Under the pieces are notes generated by a model. The model was given only the letters and a program-made list of their open reading frames with translations, made no database searches and was not told the origin of the DNA. Positions 44,034-52,853 of a stretch of 64,000 bases of DNA are shown here, piece after piece. Position 1 is the stretch's first letter. Every line of letters starts with the position of its first letter. Both the position numbers and the translations under genes were made by a program. The stretch lies in contig DAIDJN010000084.1 in the NCBI GenBank assembly GCA_027451365.1, positions 1-64,000 on the forward strand. Reading direction: 5' to 3'. The stretch is from Phycisphaerales bacterium (lineage in GTDB: Bacteria > Planctomycetota > Phycisphaerae > WQYP01).

Positions 44034-44429
44034 TCAGTTGTTGTCCCCATCATCATCGCCATCATGATGGTCTTTGTCACCTTTGTCGCCATCAGCGTGG
44101 TCGTGGTCTTTGTCGCCTTTGTCGCCATCGGCATGGTCGTGGTCTTTGTCGCCGGAATCACCATCGCGCAAGCTCGCGGGGCGTCCGACATTATCCAACA
44201 TACCGGCAAGCGGACGGTTCAAGTCATAAGTTCGGAGCAAACTAGAACCGGTCCGGCTGAAAGTAGCGATTACCACTTGGGGGCGGATGGTCTTTTGAAA
44301 TGCAAAGCAATCTCCCTGTCCGGCATGGGCTTCCGCCACGCTGGTCATCGAACCAAAGGTAATCAGCCCAAATAGGGCTATGACAATTTTGACTGCTACG
44401 CTTTCCAGTAACCAGTTTCTGTAAAACAT
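44034..44429 (-). CDS. Small secreted His/Asp-rich repeat protein (putative metal-binding)
   Basis: RBS GAGGAG before the ATG at 44429, a hydrophobic signal ending AEAHA, and C-terminal DGDKGDKDHDHA repeats. Confidence 0.7.
   Translation of the reverse strand: MFYRNWLLESVAVKIVIALFGLITFGSMTSVAEAHAGQGDCFAFQKTIRPQVVIATFSRTGSSLLRTYDLNRPLAGMLDNVGRPASLRDGDSGDKDHDHADGDKGDKDHDHADGDKGDKDHHDGDDDGDNN
44068..44166. repeat. 36-bp in-frame tandem repeat, about 2.7 copies
   Basis: TGGTCTTTGTC recurs at 44068, 44104 and 44140; it encodes the 12-aa unit DGDKGDKDHDHA on the minus strand. Confidence 0.9.
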
Positions 44430-44506
44430 ACAAACTCCTCGTTCGGAATAGCTTTTTTCAGACACCGGGTTGGAGAATCCAACAGCATCGGGTCCGACGG
44501 GCGATG

Positions 44507-44539
44507 ATCATACGAATAGAAAATGAAACACCGATGAAA
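44507..44539 (-). promoter_or_regulatory. OmpR/PhoB-style promoter: tandem TTTCAT direct repeats plus -10
   Basis: Minus strand TTTCAT (44539-34) and TTTCAT (44528-23), 11-bp period, ending 10 bp upstream of TATGAT (44512-07). Confidence 0.6.
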
Positions 44540-44760
44540 GCGAAAATTGGCCACCAGTTTGGGATAGCCCTAATGACGCGTTGCGGATGCAACATTCCGA
44601 CCGATAATCAAGCGGCTTGGGCAGCAGCATGCAGGGCGGTGCGAAATTTTCGATTCGCGTATATGCTAAGCCCATGGCTTGCCTGAGTCTTAGAAAAATC
44701 TATCGTTGCCAGCAAAAAATCATCAAGCGCATATACGGACGCATGCCGATAGTACTACCG

Positions 44761-45486
44761 ATGAATACGCAGACGGCGACAGATTTAAAGGTTTTACTGG
44801 TTTTCACGGCGGTAAAGGCGGAATATGACGCAATCAGCTCTGCCGTGAAGCATTGGACCCTAGATACGCCCCGTGGAATTCGGGCCACCGGATACGATGA
44901 AGTTGTGGTGGAGCAAATAGGCGTGCGCGGAAAGAACCTGCGCAATATTCTTCCGAAATTCGCGCATACACGACTGGCTGGCGTCATTACCGCCGGTGTG
45001 GCAGGTGCCCTGGACCCGGACCTTGGAGTGGGCGATGTGGTGATAGATTCCGCATCCATGGAAGTGGACCGGGTCGTGGAATTTATAAACGCCATGTCTG
45101 GCGGAGCCCGCGTTCATAAAGGACCAATTCACACCAGCAAAACACTGGTTTCCACCGTCGCGGAAAAAAAGCTTTTGTTTGCCCAGAACCACGCACTGGC
45201 CGTGGAAATGGAAAGTCAATATACCCGATCATTTGCCGAGCATCGCAAGCTTCCATGGCTCAGCGTTCGGGCTATCAGCGACTCGGCGGTTGAAGCAATT
45301 CCCCGACAGGTCGTGCATTTTGTGGACCGCAAGGGAAATATGAATCCCTTTGGCATCACCATGGGGCTGGCCATGAACCCAATGTTGATTCCCCAGGTGG
45401 TGCGCTTGGGACGCAACACCACGCTGGCCACCAAACGGCTAAGCGATGTGATGGGGGCTGTCATCCGGAGCGGATGGCCATTCTGA
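44761..45486 (+). CDS. Nucleoside phosphorylase / MTA-SAH nucleosidase family protein, HpnG-like
   Basis: TAGVAGALDPDLGVGDVV, AVEMES and VRAISD motifs plus the HpnG-like C-terminus (P..IP..VRLG). The start is probably 44761 or 44743. Confidence 0.8.
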   Translation: MNTQTATDLKVLLVFTAVKAEYDAISSAVKHWTLDTPRGIRATGYDEVVVEQIGVRGKNLRNILPKFAHTRLAGVITAGVAGALDPDLGVGDVVIDSASMEVDRVVEFINAMSGGARVHKGPIHTSKTLVSTVAEKKLLFAQNHALAVEMESQYTRSFAEHRKLPWLSVRAISDSAVEAIPRQVVHFVDRKGNMNPFGITMGLAMNPMLIPQVVRLGRNTTLATKRLSDVMGAVIRSGWPF

Positions 45487-45767
45487 TTCACCGTTGGCTT
45501 CGCCCCTTCAATAAATCGCGGCCCCAGTATATCCGTCATTCCGGCAATTTTATTTCGCCCCGCCATTCCTCCGCCAGGTCCTTGCCGATTCGGGATTGTC
45601 CATCTGTGCGCCGCCGGCTTTTTTTAAGGTCGGCCGCAAGTCCTCGCGTCGCGGGGTGGAAATTGCGCCCATCCACCGCTATTCTTGACCAGACGGAAAA
45701 GTGCGTGCCCGGCGGGCGCACGCGGCGATAATGCCTCCGGACCGCCAATCGATTGGATTTAGCCATC

Positions 45768-46313
45768 ATGACCCATTCCCGAAATTCTTCGCTTGCCACT
45801 GCCCGTCGGCAGTTTGTGGACCTGTGGGGGCAGATGGCGCCGCATTGGGGTATCAATCGTACAATGGCGCAAATTCACGCCCTGCTGATGATTTCGCCCG
45901 AACCACTGACCGCTGAACAGATCATGGAAGAATTGCAAATATCCCGCGGCAATGCCAGCATGAATCTGCGGGAACTGGGCAACTGGGCCATTGTCCGCCG
46001 GACCAGCGTGGCTGGAGACCGGCGCGATTTTTTCACCACAGAAGGTGACGTCTGGGTCATGTTCTACAATATTTTTCGGGAACGCAAACGCCGCGAACTT
46101 GACCCGCTGCTCAATCGCCTCGTGGATTGCGCCGCCGCGGCGGGCAACACTGCGGAAAACCCGGACGAACAGGCCCAACACAAGGCCTATACCGACCGGA
46201 TGAAGGAATTGGCCGAATTCTTCAGCGCATTTCACAACCTCTTCGGACGCATATTGGAACATCCGCCCGCGGATCTGGCCGCCATGGCCAAAAGCATGGA
46301 AAAAATGTTGTAA
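45768..46313 (+). CDS. GbsR/MarR-family transcriptional regulator
   Basis: FVDLWGQMAPHWGINRTMAQIHALL..EELQISRGNASMNLREL..W..GDRRDFF signature. Confidence 0.88.
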   Translation: MTHSRNSSLATARRQFVDLWGQMAPHWGINRTMAQIHALLMISPEPLTAEQIMEELQISRGNASMNLRELGNWAIVRRTSVAGDRRDFFTTEGDVWVMFYNIFRERKRRELDPLLNRLVDCAAAAGNTAENPDEQAQHKAYTDRMKELAEFFSAFHNLFGRILEHPPADLAAMAKSMEKML

Positions 46314-46349
46314 TAAGTTTTTACTTTCCGATTTCAATAAAGGTGCAAA

Positions 46350-47177
46350 ATGGGGCAGCTTAAGGACAAAGTGGTGGTCATTACCGGAGCATCGTCCGGC
46401 ATTGGTCGCGCGGCCGCGTTAAGCTTTGCGCGGCGCGGTGCTCGTCTTTTTCTCGGAGCGCGCCGCGCCGAAAAACTCCAGGCGGTCGTCGCCCAGGCAA
46501 CCGCCCTTGGCGCAGAGGCCACCGCCGTATTATGTGATGTATCGCATCAACAGGACGTGGGCGCTCTTTTTGCCGCCGCCATGGCCAGGCATGGTCGCGT
46601 GGATGTCGCTGTGGCCAACGCGGGAATTGGGCGACTGGGCCGGCTCCATGAGACCACAGAAGAACAAATGCAGGAAATCTGGCGTGTCAATGTGCTTGGA
46701 ACCTGGTATGTGATGAAGCGGGCGGCGGAAATTATGCTTCCCCAGAAATCCGGACACATCATTGCCGTTTCCTCCGCAATTGCACGCAGGGCGTTGCCGC
46801 AAATGGGGCCTTACGCCATGACTAAGGCGGCACAACTCTCCCTCGTCGAGGCCCAAAGAGTAGAGCTTATGCCCTTCGGCATAAAGGTCAGTTCCGTGCA
46901 TCCGACCACTACGGATACCGAATTTTTCGACCAGGCCAGCATTCGCAGCGGTAGAAAAATGCGCGGCTTCGGCACCGTACAGACCGCTGAACTGGTTGGC
47001 GATAAAATCGCCCGGCTCGCCGAACATCCGCGCCCCGAACTCTGGCCGAGCCGCCTGACACGATTCAGCCTCGCGTTCGCGACGCTCTTGCCATCCATCA
47101 CCGACCGGGCGCTGGCTAAAATGACCGGCAAAAACGCCGCCATGGAAAGGCGGCGGTCGGCGGGAGAAGCTACTTGA
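46350..47177 (+). CDS. Classical short-chain dehydrogenase/reductase
   Basis: TGASSGIG, ANAG, VSS and YAMTK (YxxxK). Confidence 0.92.
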   Translation: MGQLKDKVVVITGASSGIGRAAALSFARRGARLFLGARRAEKLQAVVAQATALGAEATAVLCDVSHQQDVGALFAAAMARHGRVDVAVANAGIGRLGRLHETTEEQMQEIWRVNVLGTWYVMKRAAEIMLPQKSGHIIAVSSAIARRALPQMGPYAMTKAAQLSLVEAQRVELMPFGIKVSSVHPTTTDTEFFDQASIRSGRKMRGFGTVQTAELVGDKIARLAEHPRPELWPSRLTRFSLAFATLLPSITDRALAKMTGKNAAMERRRSAGEAT

Positions 47178-48166
47178 AGCAGACCTCGGCGGCTGGTTTC
47201 ACGCATCGGTGGGCGCTTGTGTTCATCGCCCTGCTGGCGGTGGCCGGAGCGATATGCTGGTACCTGGAAAAGCCGCGAATCGCGACGCGGGCCAAGCCGC
47301 TGAATCCGGTCAGCCGCGGAATAAAGGTTCGCGTGATGACCTTCAACGTGAATATGATTGAGCCGACCGCCGGTGCGGACCGTTGGCATATTCAGCGGCG
47401 ACTTTTGCCAAAAATTCTTGATATATGCAAACCCGACCTTATTGGTTTTCAGGCCTGTACGCCGGTGCAGGCCGCCTGGCTGGCGGATCATTTGCGGAAT
47501 TACCGGCACTATCCGGTGCCGCGCGGATTGGCGGGGGGTATTTTTTCAGCTATTTCCGGTGCCATTTCAACATGGAACCAGATTTTCTATTCCACCAGGT
47601 TTTCGCGAATTGCCGCCGCCCACGGCCTTGTGCGCCCTGGGGACCTGCAGAATGACGCCACGGAAAATGCATACTATTCCCTGGTTGTGCTTCATGACCG
47701 CGGCGGAACGCTGCCGGACATAATTCTACTGGACGCGCATTTGCGCCATGGCAATTCAAATGCCGCCGTGGATGCCGGCCTGCTTCACGTTATTGTGCAT
47801 CAATGGCGACGAAAGTTTCCCGGGGCCTTGTCTATCGTGCTTGGAGACATGAACCACACGCGCACGGATATTCCCGTTTATTCCAGATTAATTGGACCGG
47901 TGGCCCATGTTGCCGGTGACGACCAATGGTCCGATACATTTGATTACAAACTGCGGCCGAAAAATCGGGCCTGGGGCACAGTGCAATATTATGTGGGGCG
48001 ACCTGGATTGACCTGGCCGAGCGACCTGATATTTGTCGGTCCAGGCTGGAGTTGGACACCGGCGAAAATCATCCGCTTTCATGGTCGGCATGGTAATTAT
48101 CCCAGCGATCATTTTCCGGTGTGCACCGTACTGACCCCGACGCGAAAAACGGCCGCCCGACCATAA
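47174..48166 (+). CDS. Membrane-anchored endonuclease/exonuclease/phosphatase (EEP) family protein
   Basis: N-terminal TM segment; VMTFNV, PDLIGFQ, GDMN and PSDHFPV motifs. The TTG start overlaps the SDR stop. Confidence 0.82.
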   Translation: MKQTSAAGFTHRWALVFIALLAVAGAICWYLEKPRIATRAKPLNPVSRGIKVRVMTFNVNMIEPTAGADRWHIQRRLLPKILDICKPDLIGFQACTPVQAAWLADHLRNYRHYPVPRGLAGGIFSAISGAISTWNQIFYSTRFSRIAAAHGLVRPGDLQNDATENAYYSLVVLHDRGGTLPDIILLDAHLRHGNSNAAVDAGLLHVIVHQWRRKFPGALSIVLGDMNHTRTDIPVYSRLIGPVAHVAGDDQWSDTFDYKLRPKNRAWGTVQYYVGRPGLTWPSDLIFVGPGWSWTPAKIIRFHGRHGNYPSDHFPVCTVLTPTRKTAARP

Positions 48167-48635
48167 GCATGCTGAAAACACGGATTGCCGGTTGCGGCTG
48201 AACAACACGGCTGCTGCCGAGCAAATACCGTAAAAGACAGTCAGGCCTTGGTCGCATTGGGTGGGAGTTTTGAGCAGCAGCGGCGGGGCAAAGAGCGGTG
48301 GAACAGATGAGATTAGCAGAAAGATGTCAAGGGAATTATATCACTTGCCAATGCCGAGCGACCGATTCACTTAACTGAGCTAAACCAGTGGTTAAGCTTG
48401 CTAAAATACCGGAATGTATTCGCTTGTCAAACAGCCGGACGATGCGCTTCGCAGTGTTTCGCCGCTTTTGGTTCGGGGCGCGGTGCTTCAATTTTTCTTC
48501 CGCAAGAGCGGCGGGCGATGCGTCTTTTCTTGTGTTGGGAATAGTAGAGGGGTATAGACAGGGCATTGCAAATGGGTATGCCGTGTTCGCGGTTTGATGA
48601 TTGTGGTTCAAACGGGGCCGTAAAATTGCATCCAG

Positions 48636-49175
48636 TTGAACCTGCTGGTGACCGCCGGGCCGCAATCAGTGCCTGCCGGGGCGTATTATTTGCTGCACCG
48701 CGCGGTTGCACTAACGAATTCCAGCGGCTATGTCGTGGAAGCGTCTGATACGAACGTCTATGGAAATACCTTAATATTTACCGCACCAGATTCGACTGGG
48801 AACTGGTGGTCGGACAGCGCCAATCAAGACTATTGTTATGGTGCCAGTGAAATCAACTACTGCGGCTATCGCTTTGATCCGGAAACACAGCTTTATTACG
48901 TCCGCAATCGGACGTACAGCCCTGTTCTTGGTCGTTGGCTGCAACGTGATCCGATTGGGTATGAAGGTGGGGTTAATTTTTATGAATACGTCGCAGCTCG
49001 CGCCTTGGCCGCCTTGGATGCGCTGGGCGCGAAGACATTTCACACGAAACGACCAAATCGGCTATTAGCCGTGAAGATCGTCGCGCATTTTGGCATCCTG
49101 CCCAGCGCTGTCCATATTCTGGCAAAGCCGGCGGCCACAATTCATCAAAAATTGATACGATTCAGGGAATGGTAA
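48636..49175 (+). pseudogene. Orphan, decayed RHS repeat-associated core fragment
   Basis: YCGYRFDPETQLYYVRNRTYSPVLGRWLQRDPIGYEGGVNFYEYV matches the RHS core. There is no RBS or YD-repeat body, the terminal PxxxxDPxG is degenerate (ALAALDALG), and no immunity gene is evident. Confidence 0.7.
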
Positions 49176-49420
49176 AAAAAGCGATAAACAAGCGGCAAGT
49201 GGAAGGATTCCCGCGGCAATTCCGGCGAGCATTAGAAATGCAGTTTTGGCAGACTAAGGTTATGCGGCACCACCAATCACCGGGCTGGGCGGAACATGCG
49301 CCATTGTTTAATCAAAATGCGACGGTAGTATAGTGGGCCGCTATTGGCGATGCCGCGGGGAGCCGGCTTTCCGGGTATCGCCTGATGAGGGAAGTTTTTC
49401 CCAAGAAAGGCGATCAGGAC

Positions 49421-51505
49421 ATGAGCACTTCCAGCGCGCCAATGTTAAGCATTTGGTTCGGTAATTTTTTTGAGCCTTTCTACAGCAGTCGCGAAGCGGT
49501 CAGCCGCGGCCTGAAGGACGTTGTGGACCTGGAATTTAATTCGGTAAATCTGGATTCCAAACCGTGGGAAGATTTTTTTGCGCGCTACCGCGGCCAACCG
49601 GCCAGCAACTACGTGGCAATGCAGGATTTCATGATGCAGGAGATTCAGTCGCTTGGGCTTGATTACACGCATCTGGCCTTGTATCTGTGTGGTGATAATT
49701 TATATCCGAATATTCGCGATGTGCCGCCGGTGCGGGGCGAAGAAAGCATTCGGCCCGACGGCCAGCCGATGGGGACCTATAAATACTGGTCGCCAAAAGC
49801 GCAGGCCACGATGGTGGAACATGTTCGCGGCTTGCTGGCGCTTTATTCAACAGGCATGCGGCGCACGGAGGAAACTCCGCCGCGGATCATCATGCAAACC
49901 ATGTTTGAACCGATACCCAAACCAAGTTTTGATGCGGAGGGTCGCACGCGCTATCTGGGCTGGCTGGCGCGCCGCTATGGCGGCGATATTGGCCGCCTGA
50001 ACCAGCGTTACGGCACGAATGCCGAATCGTTTGAGGCATTGGCTGCGGGAGATTATTACCTGCGACCGGAGGAGTTAAACTGGGTGGATTGCGCCCGGCC
50101 GACGGCTTTGGATTTTGCCCGTCGCACGCCGGATTTTTATCGTTGGGTGGATAATCAAACTTATCTGGCAGGCGAATTGCAGCAATATCTGGCGGTCATG
50201 AAAGAGCACTGGCGCCGGATGGATCCGCCGATTTTTATTCAACCGGTTCTGCACCAGTGGGGTTTTTTCTTTAATCCACCGGGGCAGATTTCCTGGCAGA
50301 CCGGCCAGCGGGCTATGGACGTTTACAAATGCGCGGATCACGTCGACAGCGTTCTGTATATTGCGTCGCCGTTGAATGCTGAAAATCAGCCTGATGCGAT
50401 GGCGCTAAGTGTGGAAGGCTCGATTATGCGGAGCGCCAATTCCGGCCGACCGTTCACCGGCGGGTTGTATATGGGCAGGCATGTGAATGCAGATATTTAC
50501 CGCACGGTTACGCCGGCCGAATCGATTGGCACCCTGATCGCCAATGGTGCCACATCGTTTCATATTTACGGGTACAGCGGACTGGATGATGGCGGCGTCA
50601 TGTACCGCATGGACGGTCCATTCAAGGAGTCGCTGCGCGCTGGAAATAAATGGGCGGCAAAGGTCATTCCGATGCTGCTGCAGCGTCGTGCCCGGGAAGC
50701 GGCGATTCTGTTTCCGGCGGAAATGAGCCTGTATGAACCGCTGGAGGTGGATGCCGGTGGGCAACACCGGATGGATCTGCTTGGCTGGTACGCGCAATTG
50801 GTGGATCTGGGCTGGCATGTGGACATTCTGCACCCGCGGCAAATAGCTTCCGGCGCATTGGCTGACTATTCGCATCTGGTTGTGCCACATTGTGCATTAT
50901 ACGACCTGGGTCCTAATGCCGCTTCGGAAAGCGCAATTAAGGCGTTTGTCATGCAAGGTGGTACGCTGCTGCATGGTCCGCATTGCGAAGTGGCGGCAAA
51001 CACATTCGGCGTTCACGAAGTGGCGGCACCGTTTGACTGCATCCAATGGAGAGAGTCAGTGATTCCGCATGGCTGGTCAACGGTGGCCTACCTGACCGGG
51101 ACACCGATAGGGGCTTATATTCAATCCGGCCAACCGGCAATAACGGAAATCCGCGCGGGTGCGGGGCGCATTTTCTCCTTCGGCTTCCAATATGGATATT
51201 CGTATTGTCGGCGCACGATGCCGATTGTGCCGCCGCATTATGGCAGGCAGGAAATGCACCCGATTGTCCTGCTGGAGAAAACGCCAGTGGAGGTGCTGAT
51301 TGGTTCGCCGGCGGCGCTGCGAATCAGGCCGATGCGCGGGGTGGAGTTTGCGCGATTTGGCAATCAGCTGATTGTCGTTAATCACCGCTCCAGCCCGGTG
51401 GATATAAGTGAAATTAAAGCCCACAGGGTAATTCCACAATTGCCCGCAATCGGGGCCACGGTTGCCGGACATAGTGCGACTTGTCTGACGCTTGCACCGG
51501 ATTGA
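49421..51505 (+). CDS. GH42-fold (beta-galactosidase-like) protein with trimerisation domain
   Basis: WL..RYG.DI..LN.RYGT....F motif, a TIM-barrel N-terminus, and a GATase-like middle domain (AAILF, LADY.HLVVP, AFV.QGG.L, GAGRIFSFG). The start is 49421 or 49385. Confidence 0.65.
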   Translation: MSTSSAPMLSIWFGNFFEPFYSSREAVSRGLKDVVDLEFNSVNLDSKPWEDFFARYRGQPASNYVAMQDFMMQEIQSLGLDYTHLALYLCGDNLYPNIRDVPPVRGEESIRPDGQPMGTYKYWSPKAQATMVEHVRGLLALYSTGMRRTEETPPRIIMQTMFEPIPKPSFDAEGRTRYLGWLARRYGGDIGRLNQRYGTNAESFEALAAGDYYLRPEELNWVDCARPTALDFARRTPDFYRWVDNQTYLAGELQQYLAVMKEHWRRMDPPIFIQPVLHQWGFFFNPPGQISWQTGQRAMDVYKCADHVDSVLYIASPLNAENQPDAMALSVEGSIMRSANSGRPFTGGLYMGRHVNADIYRTVTPAESIGTLIANGATSFHIYGYSGLDDGGVMYRMDGPFKESLRAGNKWAAKVIPMLLQRRAREAAILFPAEMSLYEPLEVDAGGQHRMDLLGWYAQLVDLGWHVDILHPRQIASGALADYSHLVVPHCALYDLGPNAASESAIKAFVMQGGTLLHGPHCEVAANTFGVHEVAAPFDCIQWRESVIPHGWSTVAYLTGTPIGAYIQSGQPAITEIRAGAGRIFSFGFQYGYSYCRRTMPIVPPHYGRQEMHPIVLLEKTPVEVLIGSPAALRIRPMRGVEFARFGNQLIVVNHRSSPVDISEIKAHRVIPQLPAIGATVAGHSATCLTLAPD

Positions 51506-51689
51506 CCGACGTTTGCCAATTTGTGCGGCCGTCTTCCTCAATGTGCAAACATTTTGGCGGCCCTCTGTTTCTAAGTGATTTGCCTTCAATCGACGTCGGC
51601 GGTAAGTTACTGAACTTGGCCAAAAAGGCTTTTTGGCCGATGGAATGTCGGCGAAAATGATGTAATGGAAGTCTGGAGCTAAACCCAAC

Positions 51690-52772
51690 ATGGACTTGAA
51701 ACTGGCGGTTCTTCCCGGAGATGGCATTGGTACAGAAGTGGTGGATGCGTCCATGCATGTGCTGGAGGCTGTGGCAAAACAATATGGTCACAAGGTTCGT
51801 GCCCAATATGCGGACGTCGGCTGGATTGCAATCGACCGCCACGGAACCGCGCTGCCGCAGACGACGCGGGATATTTGCCGCGCCAACGATGCGATTCTGT
51901 TTGGCGCGGTGGGGCTGCCCGACCGTGACATTACACTTCCTCAGTCGCAGCGGCCGGAACGCGTGGCGCTGCTGGAATTGCGCAAGGGATTGTTCGCCAA
52001 CCTGCGGCATGTGGTGCTGCCGCGCGGCTTAGCCAGCCGTTGCCCGCTTAAGCCGGAACTTATTACCGGCGGCATTGATATTATGATCATCCGCGAACTT
52101 ACCGGCGGCCTGTATTACGGCCAACCACAGGGCATTCGTGGCACCGCTCCTGATCGGCAGGCGGTGGATACCATGGCGTACAGCGAAAGCGAAATTCGGC
52201 GCATTCTCAAAGTTGGCTTTCAAGCCGCGCAGAATCGCGGCAAGAAACTTACCAGCGTGGACAAGGCCAACATTCTGGCCACCAGCCAGTTGTGGCGGGA
52301 AACCGCCGTGTCCATGGGCAAAGAATATCCTGATGTAAAGCTTGACCACATGTATGTGGACAACGCATCCATGCAACTTCTCCGGCGGCCGTCAGACTTT
52401 GATGTCATTGTGACCGAAAACACTTTCGGTGACATATTGTCCGATGAAGCTTCCATGCTGGCCGGTTCCATCGGTCTTGTGCCCTCGGCCTGTCTGGGTG
52501 AAAAGGATGGATCAGGGCAAGGGGCGGTGCCGTTTTACGAGCCGATTCACGGCAGTGCTCCGGACATTGCCGGCCAAAACAAGGCAAATCCAATCGGCAC
52601 AATTCTGACTGTCGCCATGATGCTGACTTATACCTTTGGATTAACGCGCGAAGCGGAGGCAATTTCCAACGCCACATTTGCGGTTCTAAACGAAGGAAAA
52701 GTGCTGACCGGTGATCTGGGCGGAAGCGCGACATGCAGCGCCGTGGCCGAGGCAGTGATTGCCCGGCTCTGA
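51690..52772 (+). CDS. leuB: 3-isopropylmalate dehydrogenase
   Basis: LPGDGIG.EV, RELTGGLYYG, SVDKANIL, YVDNASMQL, NTFGDILSDEAS and YEPIHGSAPDIAG.NKANP. Confidence 0.96.
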   Translation: MDLKLAVLPGDGIGTEVVDASMHVLEAVAKQYGHKVRAQYADVGWIAIDRHGTALPQTTRDICRANDAILFGAVGLPDRDITLPQSQRPERVALLELRKGLFANLRHVVLPRGLASRCPLKPELITGGIDIMIIRELTGGLYYGQPQGIRGTAPDRQAVDTMAYSESEIRRILKVGFQAAQNRGKKLTSVDKANILATSQLWRETAVSMGKEYPDVKLDHMYVDNASMQLLRRPSDFDVIVTENTFGDILSDEASMLAGSIGLVPSACLGEKDGSGQGAVPFYEPIHGSAPDIAGQNKANPIGTILTVAMMLTYTFGLTREAEAISNATFAVLNEGKVLTGDLGGSATCSAVAEAVIARL

Positions 52773-52853
52773 TGCCGAACCCGCCGACAATGCAACATAT
52801 TAAACCCGGAAGCTGAAGGGCCGCCGCTCGGGCAAGCTTCAGGGCATTGTGGA

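Noticed and set aside
44044..44166. CRISPR array (36-bp periodicity)
   Set aside because: The units are contiguous with no unique spacers, they are in frame within a coding sequence, and there are no cas genes.
36000..44600. Efflux module as a defined mobile element
   Set aside because: No integrase, transposase, tRNA target or flanking direct repeats were seen; horizontal origin remains possible but is unsupported.
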